Assembly (NCBI GenBank): GCA_963773605.1
Contig: CAVZBT010000012.1
Location: 198,417 to 262,416 of the forward strand
Reading direction: 5' to 3'
From: an uncultured Acidobacteriota bacterium
GTDB lineage: Bacteria > Acidobacteriota > UBA6911
DNA: 64,000 nucleotides
Within the stretch, counting starts at the first letter, position 1. Each line of letters begins with the position of its first letter. The position numbers were made by a program, and so were the translations under genes. The notes beneath the pieces are model-generated. The model did not search any database, was not told the origin of the DNA, and saw only the letters and a list, made by a program, of their open reading frames with translations. Below are positions 25,654 to 34,401 of this stretch, in pieces.

Positions 25654-26304
25654 TCAGACCGGCAGGAATCTTCCCAGGAAGGGGAAGAGGACGTTCACGA
25701 ATTCGAGAGCGCTTTCTTCTGCGAGACGCTCGGATTCAGGACTCAGGTCGGCGATGGGGCAGACAACGCGGACGAGTGCGGCGTCGGTGCGGCCCGTGCG
25801 CATGGCGTCAAGGACGGTGTAGACCTTGCCCCAGTATTCGCTCGCGATGACGCGGCCATGGCTCTGGTACCAGTAGAGTACCAGCTGCTTGCCGGTACCC
25901 TTCAGGATGGCGATCCGGTTGATGCGGACCGGGTCTGCGCCTGCATCGGGGGGCATCACGACCAGGGTTCCGCGATTCACGGGATTCCAGCCGGAGCCGG
26001 GCAGGCAGTTCAGCGGGGAATGGATCGTGTCCCCCTGCCGCTGGCTCTTGTAATAGCCGACGTACAGGTAGGCAATCTCGCCGGACGGCTTCCCATAGAC
26101 ACGATTCACGTAATCATCCACCCCGAGCACCGTGAGCACACGCTGCTCAAAGGCCGGCAGGTCGTTTCCGCTCCAGGACCCGAGTGCCAGGGGCAGCTTC
26201 TCGAGGGATTCGCGCGGCGGGATCGCTTCAGGCCGCGCGGCCCGGGTAATGTAGCCAGCGGTCAACAGCAACGAGGCGCTCAGGACGAGGATCCGGACGA
26301 TCAT
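25654..26304 (-). CDS. epsI: EpsI family protein (exosortase-associated)
   Basis: MIVRILVLSASLLLTAGYI..LPLALGSWSGNDLP..LGVDDYVNRVY..IAYLYVGYYKSQRQGDTIHSPLNCLPGSGW is the EpsI/methanolan-type signature. It starts 9 nt after the exosortase stop. Confidence 0.85.
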   Translation of the reverse strand: MIVRILVLSASLLLTAGYITRAARPEAIPPRESLEKLPLALGSWSGNDLPAFEQRVLTVLGVDDYVNRVYGKPSGEIAYLYVGYYKSQRQGDTIHSPLNCLPGSGWNPVNRGTLVVMPPDAGADPVRINRIAILKGTGKQLVLYWYQSHGRVIASEYWGKVYTVLDAMRTGRTDAALVRVVCPIADLSPESERLAEESALEFVNVLFPFLGRFLPV

Positions 26305-26312
26305 TTTTTCTC

Positions 26313-27179
26313 TCACGCGGCGGCCGACCTGGTTTGCTCTGCCTCGCTTCGGTTGGGCGCTATGCAGAGCAGGAATCTCTGGACCACAAACAGGAGCAGG
26401 AACGCCGCCAGGAAGACGAGCCAACCCGAGAAGGTGTGGAAAAAACCCTGCGCTGCCTCCGGACCGTAGAACTGGGCGGCTATCCCAGTCCCGGCCACCC
26501 GGATCCCGTTGGCCAGGATAGCGATGGGAACGGTCGCCAGGGCGAGCGCGGTCCGGAACCAGATCCGTGAATCGGTGAAATACCCGTAGACGATTCCCAG
26601 GGTGAGCAGGGAGACGAGGGATCGTATGCCGCTGCACGCTTCCGCAACCTCCAGGCTCGTGTTGGCGAGGTTGATGACGTTGCCCTCGCGCAGCACCGGC
26701 ACCTGGCAAGCCAGGAGCGCCACCTCGCCAAAGCGGGAGGCCAGGAGCTGCAGGGGGAAGGCGATCTGGTTGAAGATGATGGCGGGAATCGGGATCATCA
26801 GCAGAAGGAACAGGATCGGGAACAGCATCACCTTCAGGTGCTGCCAGCCGCAGAGAAAGAGCAGGGTCCCGGCAATCATCCCGAGAAGCGAAATGCGGGT
26901 CATGAACAGCTCGGATCCGAGGATCCCGGCCACAAGGCTGGCGAGGGCGCCCAGCACGACAACCAGGCCCAGCCAGCTCGGGCGGGCGGCTGCCTCCCGG
27001 AAACGCGCTCGCCGCTCCCAGGCAAAGTATGCCGCAAGCGGCACGATCAGGAACCCGTGGGAGTAATTGTCGTCGATCGACCAGTCGTGCACCAGTTTCC
27101 CGATCACATCCCAATAGACGATTGCGAAACTTGCCAGGAGCAGGGCCAGTGCCGATGCCAATCCAGCTTTCCTGTTCAT
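26313..27179 (-). CDS. xrtA: Exosortase (EpsH/XrtA-type)
   Basis: DDNYSHGFLIVPLAAYFAW, EACSGIRSL (catalytic Cys) and ANGIRV motifs in a polytopic membrane protein. ATG at 27179; an alternative GTG is at 27218. Confidence 0.9.
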   Translation of the reverse strand: MNRKAGLASALALLLASFAIVYWDVIGKLVHDWSIDDNYSHGFLIVPLAAYFAWERRARFREAAARPSWLGLVVVLGALASLVAGILGSELFMTRISLLGMIAGTLLFLCGWQHLKVMLFPILFLLLMIPIPAIIFNQIAFPLQLLASRFGEVALLACQVPVLREGNVINLANTSLEVAEACSGIRSLVSLLTLGIVYGYFTDSRIWFRTALALATVPIAILANGIRVAGTGIAAQFYGPEAAQGFFHTFSGWLVFLAAFLLLFVVQRFLLCIAPNRSEAEQTRSAAA

Positions 27180-27349
27180 AACCACCAATGTGGAGGGCTC
27201 GAGCCAGGAGCCTATCACCGTATCGAGCCGGCGTAAAGCAGCGACACAACGAACGAAAAAAGGCGCCGAAGTTCATTTCGGCGCCTGGGTGGATTTTTGA
27301 TACTTCTAATTCGAAAGAGGTGGCGCCTGGGCGGCGCTGTCTAAAATAT

Positions 27350-27928
27350 GGAGTGCGGTGCCTGGGCACCGCTGTCTGGGTTTGGCTGGACCGGCAGGCA
27401 GCTCCGCAAGGTCGGCGCCTAGGCGCCGACCCCAAAGCGGCGTCGAGCCGCCGCACTCCAAAATATGGAGTGCGGTGCCTGGGCACCGCTGTCTGGGTTT
27501 GGCTGGACCGGCAAGCAGGCGCGCAAGGTCGGCGCCTAGGCGCCGACCCCAAAGCGGCGTCGAGCCGCCGCACTCCAAAGTATGGAGTGCGGTGCCTGGG
27601 CACCGCTGTCTGGGTTTGGCTGGACCGGCAAGCAGCTCGCGCAAGGTCGGCGCCTAGGCGCCGACCCCAAAGCGGCGTCGAGCCGCCGCACTCCAAAATA
27701 TGGAGTGCGGTGCCTGGGCGGCGCTGTCTGGGTTTAGCTGGACCGGCAGGCAGGTGCGCAAGGTCGGCGCCTAGGCGCCGACCCCAAAGCGGCGTCGAGC
27801 CGCCGCACTCCAAAATATGGAGTGCGGTGCCTGGGCACCGCTGTCTGGGTTTAGCTGGACCGGCAGGCAGCTCCGCAAGGTCGGCGCCTAGGCGCCGACC
27901 CCAAAGCGGCGTCGAGCCGCCGCACTCC
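27350..27928. repeat. Tandem array of 5 REP-like elements (period 117-118 bp), family A, plus a degenerate partial copy at about 27317-27345
   Basis: Copies start at 27350, 27467, 27584, 27702 and 27819. Each reads GGAGTGCGGTGCCTGGGCACCGCTGTCTGGGTTT.GCTGGACCGGCA.GCAG....GCAAGGTCGGCGCCTAGGCGCCGACCCCAAAGCGGCGTCGAGCCGCCGCACTCC. The array ends 4 nt before the prsK stop codon. Confidence 0.9.
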
Positions 27929-27932
27929 AAAA

Positions 27933-29996
27933 CTAGGCCCGGCAGGGAAGCAGGATGCGCACGGTGGTGCCTTTCCCGATCTGGCTCTCGACCGCTATGC
28001 TGCCCCGGTGGGCTTCCACGATCCGCTTGCACTGAAACAACCCGATCCCCAGCCCGTCGCTCTTGGTCGTGTGGAACGGGTGGAACAGTTCTTTCTGAAG
28101 GAATTCCGGCGTCATCCCTCTCCCCCGGTCGATCACGGCCAGCTCGACCCTTTCGTTTACGCGAGCGGTTCTGATGACGATCTCGTCCCCGGCCGAGGTT
28201 GCCTCGCGGGAGTTGAGCACCAGGTTCTGGAGCACGCGGCCGATCTCCTCCGAGTCCATCAGGACGGGCGGCACCTCGGACAGCTGCAGTGTCACGACCC
28301 GATCATCCCCGTCGAGCATCCCGGCGGCACAGTCCCTGACCAGCCGGTTGATATCCTGGAGCTTTCGATCTGCTGCCAACGTTGCCGAGAAGGTCTTCAG
28401 GCTGTTGCACAGCCGCTTCATTTTCCCGGCGGTATCGTGCACCGACTGGAACGCGTCCTTCTGGAAGTCCGGGTTGTCGCGGTGGCGCGTGGCGTTTCCG
28501 GCGACCAGCGACAGCGTGGAAGCGAAGTTCTTCAGATCGTGGAGCAGGAACGTCGAGAACGTGCGGAAGGCCTCCGCCTCCTTGGCCTCCACGAGCGTGG
28601 CCAGCAGTTCCCACTTGTGGAGCTCGCCGGCGGCGTGGCCGCCCAGAACCCGCAGGAACTCCCGGGTTTCCCGGTCGTAGGGACGGCCGCTGCGGTCGCT
28701 CCCGACGGTCATGACGCCGACCAGCCGGTCGCTCGACAGCAGGGGGACCAGCAGGGCCGCACGCGTCTTTTGCGCAAAATCGCGCAGCCCGGTTTGCCCC
28801 GCATCGATCGTATCGCCGCCGAATACGTCCTTGTAGTGAAGGAGGTTGAGGACGATCCCGTCCTCCGCCGTTTCACCGGTTTCGGGAGTGTTGCCGATGT
28901 ACGACAGGAGGCTCAGGCGGTTCGGATCGCGCAGGCGGAGCCACACGGTTACATCTATGGCGCCCAGGGCGCTGTGCACTATGTGCGCGAGTTCTGCGGC
29001 GCCAATTTTCGGGTCGTCGATGGACCGGATTTTTTCGGACGCCTGCATCCAGTATTGCCGGTAATCGTAACGACCGGAGAAGATGTTGCGGCGCAGCCAT
29101 TGCCGGACCCGCTGGCGGAAGCTGGTCCAGAACAGGACCAGTCCCATGGCCACCGCCGCAAGCAGGAAAACGAGCGCTTCCAGTTCGAGGTCGCTCTGGC
29201 CCAGAAGGCTGGCCCAGCGCGCCAGGAGGCTCGATACGATGAGGTAGACGCCGACGGCCAGCAGCGTGATGGAGCTGAAGGCCAGGGTCTGCGAGATTCT
29301 GATCCCGCCACCGCCCGCACTGCGGCGCCAGGAAACCAGGATCAGGACCGAAGCGACCAGGGACATGACCGGCAGGACGCTCAGGGAGTCCAGCGGCAGG
29401 AGCGCGTAGCTGAACGAATAGAGCAGCACCCTGGAAGCGAGATACAGCACGCTGGCAAACGAGGCGGCCAGCCCGAGCATGAGGAACTTGATTTTCCACC
29501 GGGCCCCCTCGTCGGAGCCGCGCACGATCTGCTCGATATGCGCAAGGCTCAGAACGGACAGGGCCAGGAGATAGACCGAAGCCAGGTATCCGCCAGGACC
29601 GAGGGCGACAAACGTACCGTCCTGGATGCTGGAGATTTCGAGTACCGGCCGCTCCAGGAGCAACAGCGCAGCAAGCAGCGGCGCCGGGACGGCGACCAGG
29701 ATTACGGGGATTCTTCGCTTGCGCAGCGCCGCGCGGTAATCCGGCTGGCCGAAGGCCCAGAGGAACCGGAGGGCCGCCGGGAAGGCCGCTACAAGCAGCG
29801 CGTAGGCAATCCGGGCTTTCCACTCAAACGAAAGGACGGTCTCGGCCACAAGAGAGTGAAGGCCGAATCCGATGGCCGGTAGCGCCAGGAACCAGGAGAG
29901 CATCCAGGAACCCGCTCCGAACCGGGGTGCCACAAGCACCAGGATGGCGACGCCCAGGGTCAGCGCGGCGGGAACGACAAAAAGCAGTTCACTCAT
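27933..29996 (-). CDS. prsK: PEP-CTERM system histidine kinase PrsK-like (multi-TM sensor, GAF-like domain, HisKA/HATPase)
   Basis: About 8-10 N-terminal TM segments. FSTFLLHDLKNFASTLSL is the H-box. QNLVLNSREA..AVIDRGRGM..FHPFHTTKSDGLGIGLFQCKRIVEAHRGSI are the N/G boxes. The architecture and the context next to the exosortase match PrsK. Confidence 0.85.
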   Translation of the reverse strand: MSELLFVVPAALTLGVAILVLVAPRFGAGSWMLSWFLALPAIGFGLHSLVAETVLSFEWKARIAYALLVAAFPAALRFLWAFGQPDYRAALRKRRIPVILVAVPAPLLAALLLLERPVLEISSIQDGTFVALGPGGYLASVYLLALSVLSLAHIEQIVRGSDEGARWKIKFLMLGLAASFASVLYLASRVLLYSFSYALLPLDSLSVLPVMSLVASVLILVSWRRSAGGGGIRISQTLAFSSITLLAVGVYLIVSSLLARWASLLGQSDLELEALVFLLAAVAMGLVLFWTSFRQRVRQWLRRNIFSGRYDYRQYWMQASEKIRSIDDPKIGAAELAHIVHSALGAIDVTVWLRLRDPNRLSLLSYIGNTPETGETAEDGIVLNLLHYKDVFGGDTIDAGQTGLRDFAQKTRAALLVPLLSSDRLVGVMTVGSDRSGRPYDRETREFLRVLGGHAAGELHKWELLATLVEAKEAEAFRTFSTFLLHDLKNFASTLSLVAGNATRHRDNPDFQKDAFQSVHDTAGKMKRLCNSLKTFSATLAADRKLQDINRLVRDCAAGMLDGDDRVVTLQLSEVPPVLMDSEEIGRVLQNLVLNSREATSAGDEIVIRTARVNERVELAVIDRGRGMTPEFLQKELFHPFHTTKSDGLGIGLFQCKRIVEAHRGSIAVESQIGKGTTVRILLPCRA

Positions 29997-30043
29997 AGCG
30001 ATCTATGACTCGGCCACGGAGATCAGGGTCGGCAACGCGAGGG

Positions 30044-31255
30044 TCAACAGCACGGATGCCGCTCTGAAGCGGCTATCGCAGATCGGCCCTCGCCCACGGT
30101 GCGGTACAAGTCCACATAGCCGCGTATCATCCTGCCGAGCGAGTAGGCCTCCTCGACACGGCGACGGGCGTTGGCGCCATGCCGGGAGCGCAGATCGGGC
30201 GCCAGGAAACAGGTCATCAGCCTTTCGGCGAGCCCTGCATCGTCCCCGACCGGCACAAAAATGCCTGTTTCACCGTCTGTGATCATGCGCCGGCTTTCGC
30301 CCACGGGCGTGCACACGATCGACAAGCCGGAGGACATGGCCTCGAGAAGCGTGTTCGACATTCCTTCGGCAACGGAGTTCAAAACGAAGACATCGAACAC
30401 TCCGTAGAACCGGTCGACATCCGAACGATAACCCGTCAGGACCGGGCAGGGGGTCCCGGTCAGGTCACGAATTGCGGCTGCGAGCCGGGCGCGTTCCGGA
30501 CCGTCGCCGACAATGACCAGCCGGGCTGGCCCCGCACGCTGCGCCAGCTGCGCGAATGCGCGGATGAGGCCGGTGTTGTTCTTCACAGGGTCCAGGCGAC
30601 CGACGGCGCCGACCACGAAGGCGTCGTCCGGAATGCCCAGTTCTTTCCTCAGCCGAGGGTCTCGATGGGGCCTGTAGCGATCGGTGTCCACCCCGTTTGG
30701 GATCAGCACGATTTTCCGGCGCGGGATTCCGACGACATCGGACAACCAGGTCGCGAGATTGTCCGATACCGCCGTGAAGACCCGGACGCGGACGCCGAGC
30801 AGCCGGCGGAGCGTGTTGCGCAAGCGATCCAACCCCTCCGGATCGCCAATCTCGCGCCCGTGCTCGCCGTGCAGCACGGCCACACCGGGACACAGGCAGG
30901 CGGCAAGGACGCCGTCGAATGCACCCCAGTTGCGTGTGTGGACGATGTCGGCGCCCGATTTCCTGATTACGTGCCGCAGCTGCAGGACGAGGTTCAGGCT
31001 GTTGCCGGGCCGCTTGTGGAGCTCATGGTAACGGACCGGTCGCTTGAGGCGGTGCATGAATTCACCGGCCGTCGTCAGCAGGCAGAGTTCGTGTTCGATT
31101 TCGGGAGGCGAGCCGTTGATGACATTGACAATGCCGTTCTCGAGCCCGCCATGCGAAAAGGCGTGCAGTATGTGGAGGACCTTCACCGGACGGGACACCT
31201 GTCGGACCGTGTGTATCTCCGGGGCGACTAAAGCCATTTTCCGAGCCATTGCCAC
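30044..31255 (-). CDS. GT4 glycosyltransferase, PEP-CTERM/EpsH1-system-associated type (stp2-like)
   Basis: VKVLHILHAFSHGGLENGIVNVINGSPPEIEHELCLL has the characteristic GGLENG..N.IN N-terminus. The GT4 C-terminus reads VFVLNSVAEGMSNTLLEAMSSGLSIVCTPVGE. Confidence 0.8.
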   Translation of the reverse strand: MAMARKMALVAPEIHTVRQVSRPVKVLHILHAFSHGGLENGIVNVINGSPPEIEHELCLLTTAGEFMHRLKRPVRYHELHKRPGNSLNLVLQLRHVIRKSGADIVHTRNWGAFDGVLAACLCPGVAVLHGEHGREIGDPEGLDRLRNTLRRLLGVRVRVFTAVSDNLATWLSDVVGIPRRKIVLIPNGVDTDRYRPHRDPRLRKELGIPDDAFVVGAVGRLDPVKNNTGLIRAFAQLAQRAGPARLVIVGDGPERARLAAAIRDLTGTPCPVLTGYRSDVDRFYGVFDVFVLNSVAEGMSNTLLEAMSSGLSIVCTPVGESRRMITDGETGIFVPVGDDAGLAERLMTCFLAPDLRSRHGANARRRVEEAYSLGRMIRGYVDLYRTVGEGRSAIAASERHPCC

Positions 31256-32472
31256 GCATCGGCCTGCATTTCGGCATTGAACTCGTGCTGCGCATCGTAC
31301 AGCCGGGCACGGAATTTTTCCGGGATGCCTGCCTTGCGAAAGCAGGCAGCCAGCTTGTCAAAGGCGGCCTGGACCCCCGCCGGCTCGAACAGGTAGTCTC
31401 TGCTGCCGTTGATGACCAGCAGGGCCGCCGGCATAGCCAGGGCGGCGACATCGGGATAGTCCAGGTAGCGGCAGAGGCCCGGCACGAGCTGGGTGAATCC
31501 GACGGCCTGCAAGACGTGGGCATGGAGCTGGGCGGGGAATGACGTCATCCAGCCGACGACCACTGCCGCGCGGATCCGGTCATCGAGCGCCGCAAGGTAG
31601 CACGACCTCAGCCCGCCCAGGGACAGGCCAATGCAGCCGATCCGGTCCTTATCCACTTCAGGACGTGTCAGAAGGTAGTCGACCGTTCGGAGGTCGTCCC
31701 AGAACACAATGCCGGACCAGGTGAAACCGGCCAGGTATATGGTCCTTGCGATCAACTCCTCCTTCTGTTTGGCGCGGCTGTTGAATTCCGCGAGCCGCCT
31801 CGGGCTTATCGACGCGCGGGTGCGCCAGTCGGAGCGGTCATCATCGAACAGCAACCTGCGTTCGCCCCAATAGAACATGTCGATGACGATGACGACGTAC
31901 CCGCGGCGGGCAAGCTCCTGTGCGATGGGCCGGCCGGCGTAAGTCTCGTTGCGGAAACGCGTGAGTGCCGCGTGCTCATCCGCCAACTGCACAATCTTTT
32001 CTTTTCCCCAGAAGTAGAGCGCGCTGTGGTCGTGGAGGGCGACGATCGCGGGGGCGGGGAGGGGTACGTTTTGCGGGACGAAAAGATAGGCAGGCACCCG
32101 GGTTTCCGGGGTTGTGTTGAAATACACCTTCTCGCGCACGTATCCGTTGCCGGGAACCCTCTCGACGATCTCGGGATTCGGGTCGCAAGGCTGAGGGGAG
32201 TAGTGCAGCAGGTCAAGTACTTTCGACCGCGCCTGCAGTTTCCAGGGTGCCACGTCGACAAACTCGCTCCTCAGATACGACAGCGGGAAATCGAGCTTCG
32301 CGGCCTGGTTCCCGATAAGCGGGAAGAGGGACCCGACGCCGGAGCCTGAGGGCCCGGCATCAGACCTTCGGATGGGGTTGCGTCCGTGTCGCACGGCCCG
32401 CACGGCGTGTCGGATTTTCTGCAAGTACCCTCTGGAGTCGGGGAGGGGTTCAGTGCACTGGACGCACAACAC
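31228..32472 (-). CDS. Alpha/beta hydrolase (dienelactone hydrolase / acetyl-esterase-like)
   Basis: PAIVALHDH.., the nucleophile elbow IGCIGLSLGG, and a C-terminal H in DAQHEF. The start is uncertain, with GTG candidates at 32472, 32403 and 32394. Confidence 0.65.
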   Translation of the reverse strand: MLCVQCTEPLPDSRGYLQKIRHAVRAVRHGRNPIRRSDAGPSGSGVGSLFPLIGNQAAKLDFPLSYLRSEFVDVAPWKLQARSKVLDLLHYSPQPCDPNPEIVERVPGNGYVREKVYFNTTPETRVPAYLFVPQNVPLPAPAIVALHDHSALYFWGKEKIVQLADEHAALTRFRNETYAGRPIAQELARRGYVVIVIDMFYWGERRLLFDDDRSDWRTRASISPRRLAEFNSRAKQKEELIARTIYLAGFTWSGIVFWDDLRTVDYLLTRPEVDKDRIGCIGLSLGGLRSCYLAALDDRIRAAVVVGWMTSFPAQLHAHVLQAVGFTQLVPGLCRYLDYPDVAALAMPAALLVINGSRDYLFEPAGVQAAFDKLAACFRKAGIPEKFRARLYDAQHEFNAEMQADAWQWLGKWL

Positions 32473-33607
32473 TCCCGACGTTTGCCAGGAGATCGGCGAC
32501 GCGGTGGTCCCACGTGTGGTGCGACAGGATAGTCGAGCGGGCGGCGGAGCCAAGGGACATTCTGAGTCCCGCGTCGGCGTGAAGCCGCTCCAGGCCATCA
32601 CACAAGGAGTCCTTCGAACCCGGCGCAAAAATCCAGCCGTCCACACCGTGGGTAATCAGATCGCGGATCGGACCATAATCGGGGGCGAGCACCGGTTTTC
32701 CCGCCGCCATATATTCGAGGATCTTCATGGGGGAACCGTGCTCGTTCGAATCGGCCAGGAGGCAGACGTCCATCGCATCGACGTATCCCGGGATGGAGGC
32801 CGGGGGAACTGTCCCCGTCAACGTGACGTGGGACTGAAGGTGGAGTTCGGCGATCCTCCGCTCCAGCCTGGGGCGTTCCGGGCCGTCTCCTACCAGCAGC
32901 AGCCTGGAGCCGGTCCGCGTCAGGAACGCTGCGACGCAGTCCAGGAGAAACGCGGCACCGTGCCAGGGTACGAAGGCCGCTACCATCCCGAGGGTGAACG
33001 GGTCGGACGGGGCCCGGGCGGCCACGTCCCCTGGCGACCTGAAGAGTTCCGGATCGACGGCATTCGGTTGAACGAGGAGGCGTCCCAATGCGATCCCGTG
33101 CTTCGCGGTAATCAGGTCTGCGAAGCGACGGGAAACGGTCACGAGCAGGGAAGCGTTCTGGAACGCCCATTTCTCGATCCGCTCGGCCGCTCGTCGAGAA
33201 CTGAGCGGGCGCGATCTGGCAATGACCGTCGCGTCGTTGATCTCGAGCACGGTCGGCACTCCGCAATGGCGTCCGACCCAGGTCCCTGCCCAGCCAAAGA
33301 GTGCGTAACGCTCGTAGATCAGGTCGATCGAGTTCCTGGTAACGAGGTGGCGCAGTCTTGGCAACGATTGAAGGTTGTAGCCGAGCTCGAGTGCTTCGAA
33401 TACGGGCTGCGGGGCAGCGCCGCTTACGAACTTCCACACCGCCCGGTAGCTCCCGGGCCGGGATCCCTCGTGGACTTCGAGCAGAACTCCGGGCGGCGAC
33501 AGGACGTATACCTGGTTTCCGGCCCGGCGGAAGGCATTTACGATACCCCTGATGTGGGCCCCCTCCGCCCCCTTGGCCTGGGTGCGGTGGTGGTAAAGAA
33601 TCCTCAC
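32450..33607 (-). CDS. Glycosyltransferase family 4
   Basis: GTG start at 33607 gives (M)RILYHHRTQAKGAEGAHIRGIVNAFRRAGNQVYVLSP. The GT4 C-terminal region reads DVCLLADSNEHGSPMKILEYMAAGKPVLAPD. The ORF-track N-terminal extension runs into the repeat. Confidence 0.8.
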   Translation of the reverse strand: MRILYHHRTQAKGAEGAHIRGIVNAFRRAGNQVYVLSPPGVLLEVHEGSRPGSYRAVWKFVSGAAPQPVFEALELGYNLQSLPRLRHLVTRNSIDLIYERYALFGWAGTWVGRHCGVPTVLEINDATVIARSRPLSSRRAAERIEKWAFQNASLLVTVSRRFADLITAKHGIALGRLLVQPNAVDPELFRSPGDVAARAPSDPFTLGMVAAFVPWHGAAFLLDCVAAFLTRTGSRLLLVGDGPERPRLERRIAELHLQSHVTLTGTVPPASIPGYVDAMDVCLLADSNEHGSPMKILEYMAAGKPVLAPDYGPIRDLITHGVDGWIFAPGSKDSLCDGLERLHADAGLRMSLGSAARSTILSHHTWDHRVADLLANVGSVVRPVH

Positions 33608-33619
33608 CCCTACCCCCTT

Positions 33620-34395
33620 GGAGTGCGGCGCCTCGGCGCCGCCCTTCACCTGCACTCTAACGGTCGAACCCCGGCGGCGCCCAGGCGCCGCCCACAAAGC
33701 GGCGTCGAGCCGCCGCACTCCAAAGTCCTACTCTGTCCCGCGCGTGTACCGTCGAGGAGGACTCCAGTCGGTAACAGGAGGTATGCCTGGTTTCCGGCCC
33801 GGCGGAAGGCATTGACGATACCCCTGATGTTAGGCCCCCTACCCTCTTTGGAGTGCGGCGCCTCGGCGCCGCTTTCCCGGGCGGCGGCTCGACGCCGCCC
33901 TTCACCTGCACTCGAACGGTCGAACCCCGGCGGCGCCCAGGCGCCGCCCACAAAGCGGCGTCGAGCCGGCGCACTCCAGAGTCCTACTTTGTCCCGCGCG
34001 TGTACCGTCGAGGAGGACTCCAGGCGGTAACAGGACGTATGCCTGGTTTCCGGCCCGGCGGAAGGCATCGACGATACCCCTGATGTGGGCCCCCTACCCT
34101 CTTTGGAGTGCGGCGCCTCGGCGCCGCTTTCCCGGGCGGCGGCTCGACGCCGCCCTTCACCTGCACTCGAACGGTCGAACCCCGGCGGCGCCCAGGCGCC
34201 GCCCACAAAGCGGCGTCGAGCCGCCGCACTCCAAAGTCCTACTCTGTCCCGCGCGTGTACCGTCGAGGAGGACTCCAGGCGGTAACAGGACGTATGCCTG
34301 GTTTCCGGCCCGGCGGAAGGCATTGACGATACCCCTGATGTGGGCCCCGTACCCCCTTGGAGTGCGGCGTCGAGCCCGTCGAGCCGGCGCACTCC
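33620..34395. repeat. Composite tandem array: 4 REP-like elements (family B) embedded in ~254-bp units that also carry copies of the csd 3' end and the GT4 5' coding region
   Basis: GGAGTGCGG starts at 33620, 33850, 34105 and 34359 (periods 230, 255, 254). The inter-REP segments repeat AGTCCTACTCTGTCCCGCGCGTGTA (compare the csd end at 34397-34421) and CTGGTTTCCGGCCCGGCGGAAGGCATTGACGATACCCCTGATGTGGGCCCCCT (compare the GT4 codons at 33511-33562). Confidence 0.85.
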
Positions 34396-34401
34396 AGAGT
34401 C

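Noticed and set aside
27350-27928. Regularly spaced repeats that could be mistaken for CRISPR arrays (also at 40438-40742, 62252-62677 and 33620-34395).
   Set aside because: The period is 117-132 bp (about 254 bp for the composite array), with whole-unit identity. The only variable part is a ~12-15-nt patch with a few substitutions, so there are no unique spacers. The units are long composite palindromes, not 28-37-nt repeats. No cas genes are present.
25654-28032. Very long ORFs running through the repeat arrays: 792 aa at 25654-28032, 328 aa at 27188-28174, 248 aa at 33646-34392, the N-terminal extension of 38818-40743, and the 62260-62792 ORFs.
   Set aside because: They are read-through of REP elements (recurrent ECGGSTPLWGRRLGADL / PRRRPQSGVEPPHSK peptides) fused to real genes. 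The real genes (EpsI, AsnB-like, GT4) have their own plausible starts just outside the arrays.
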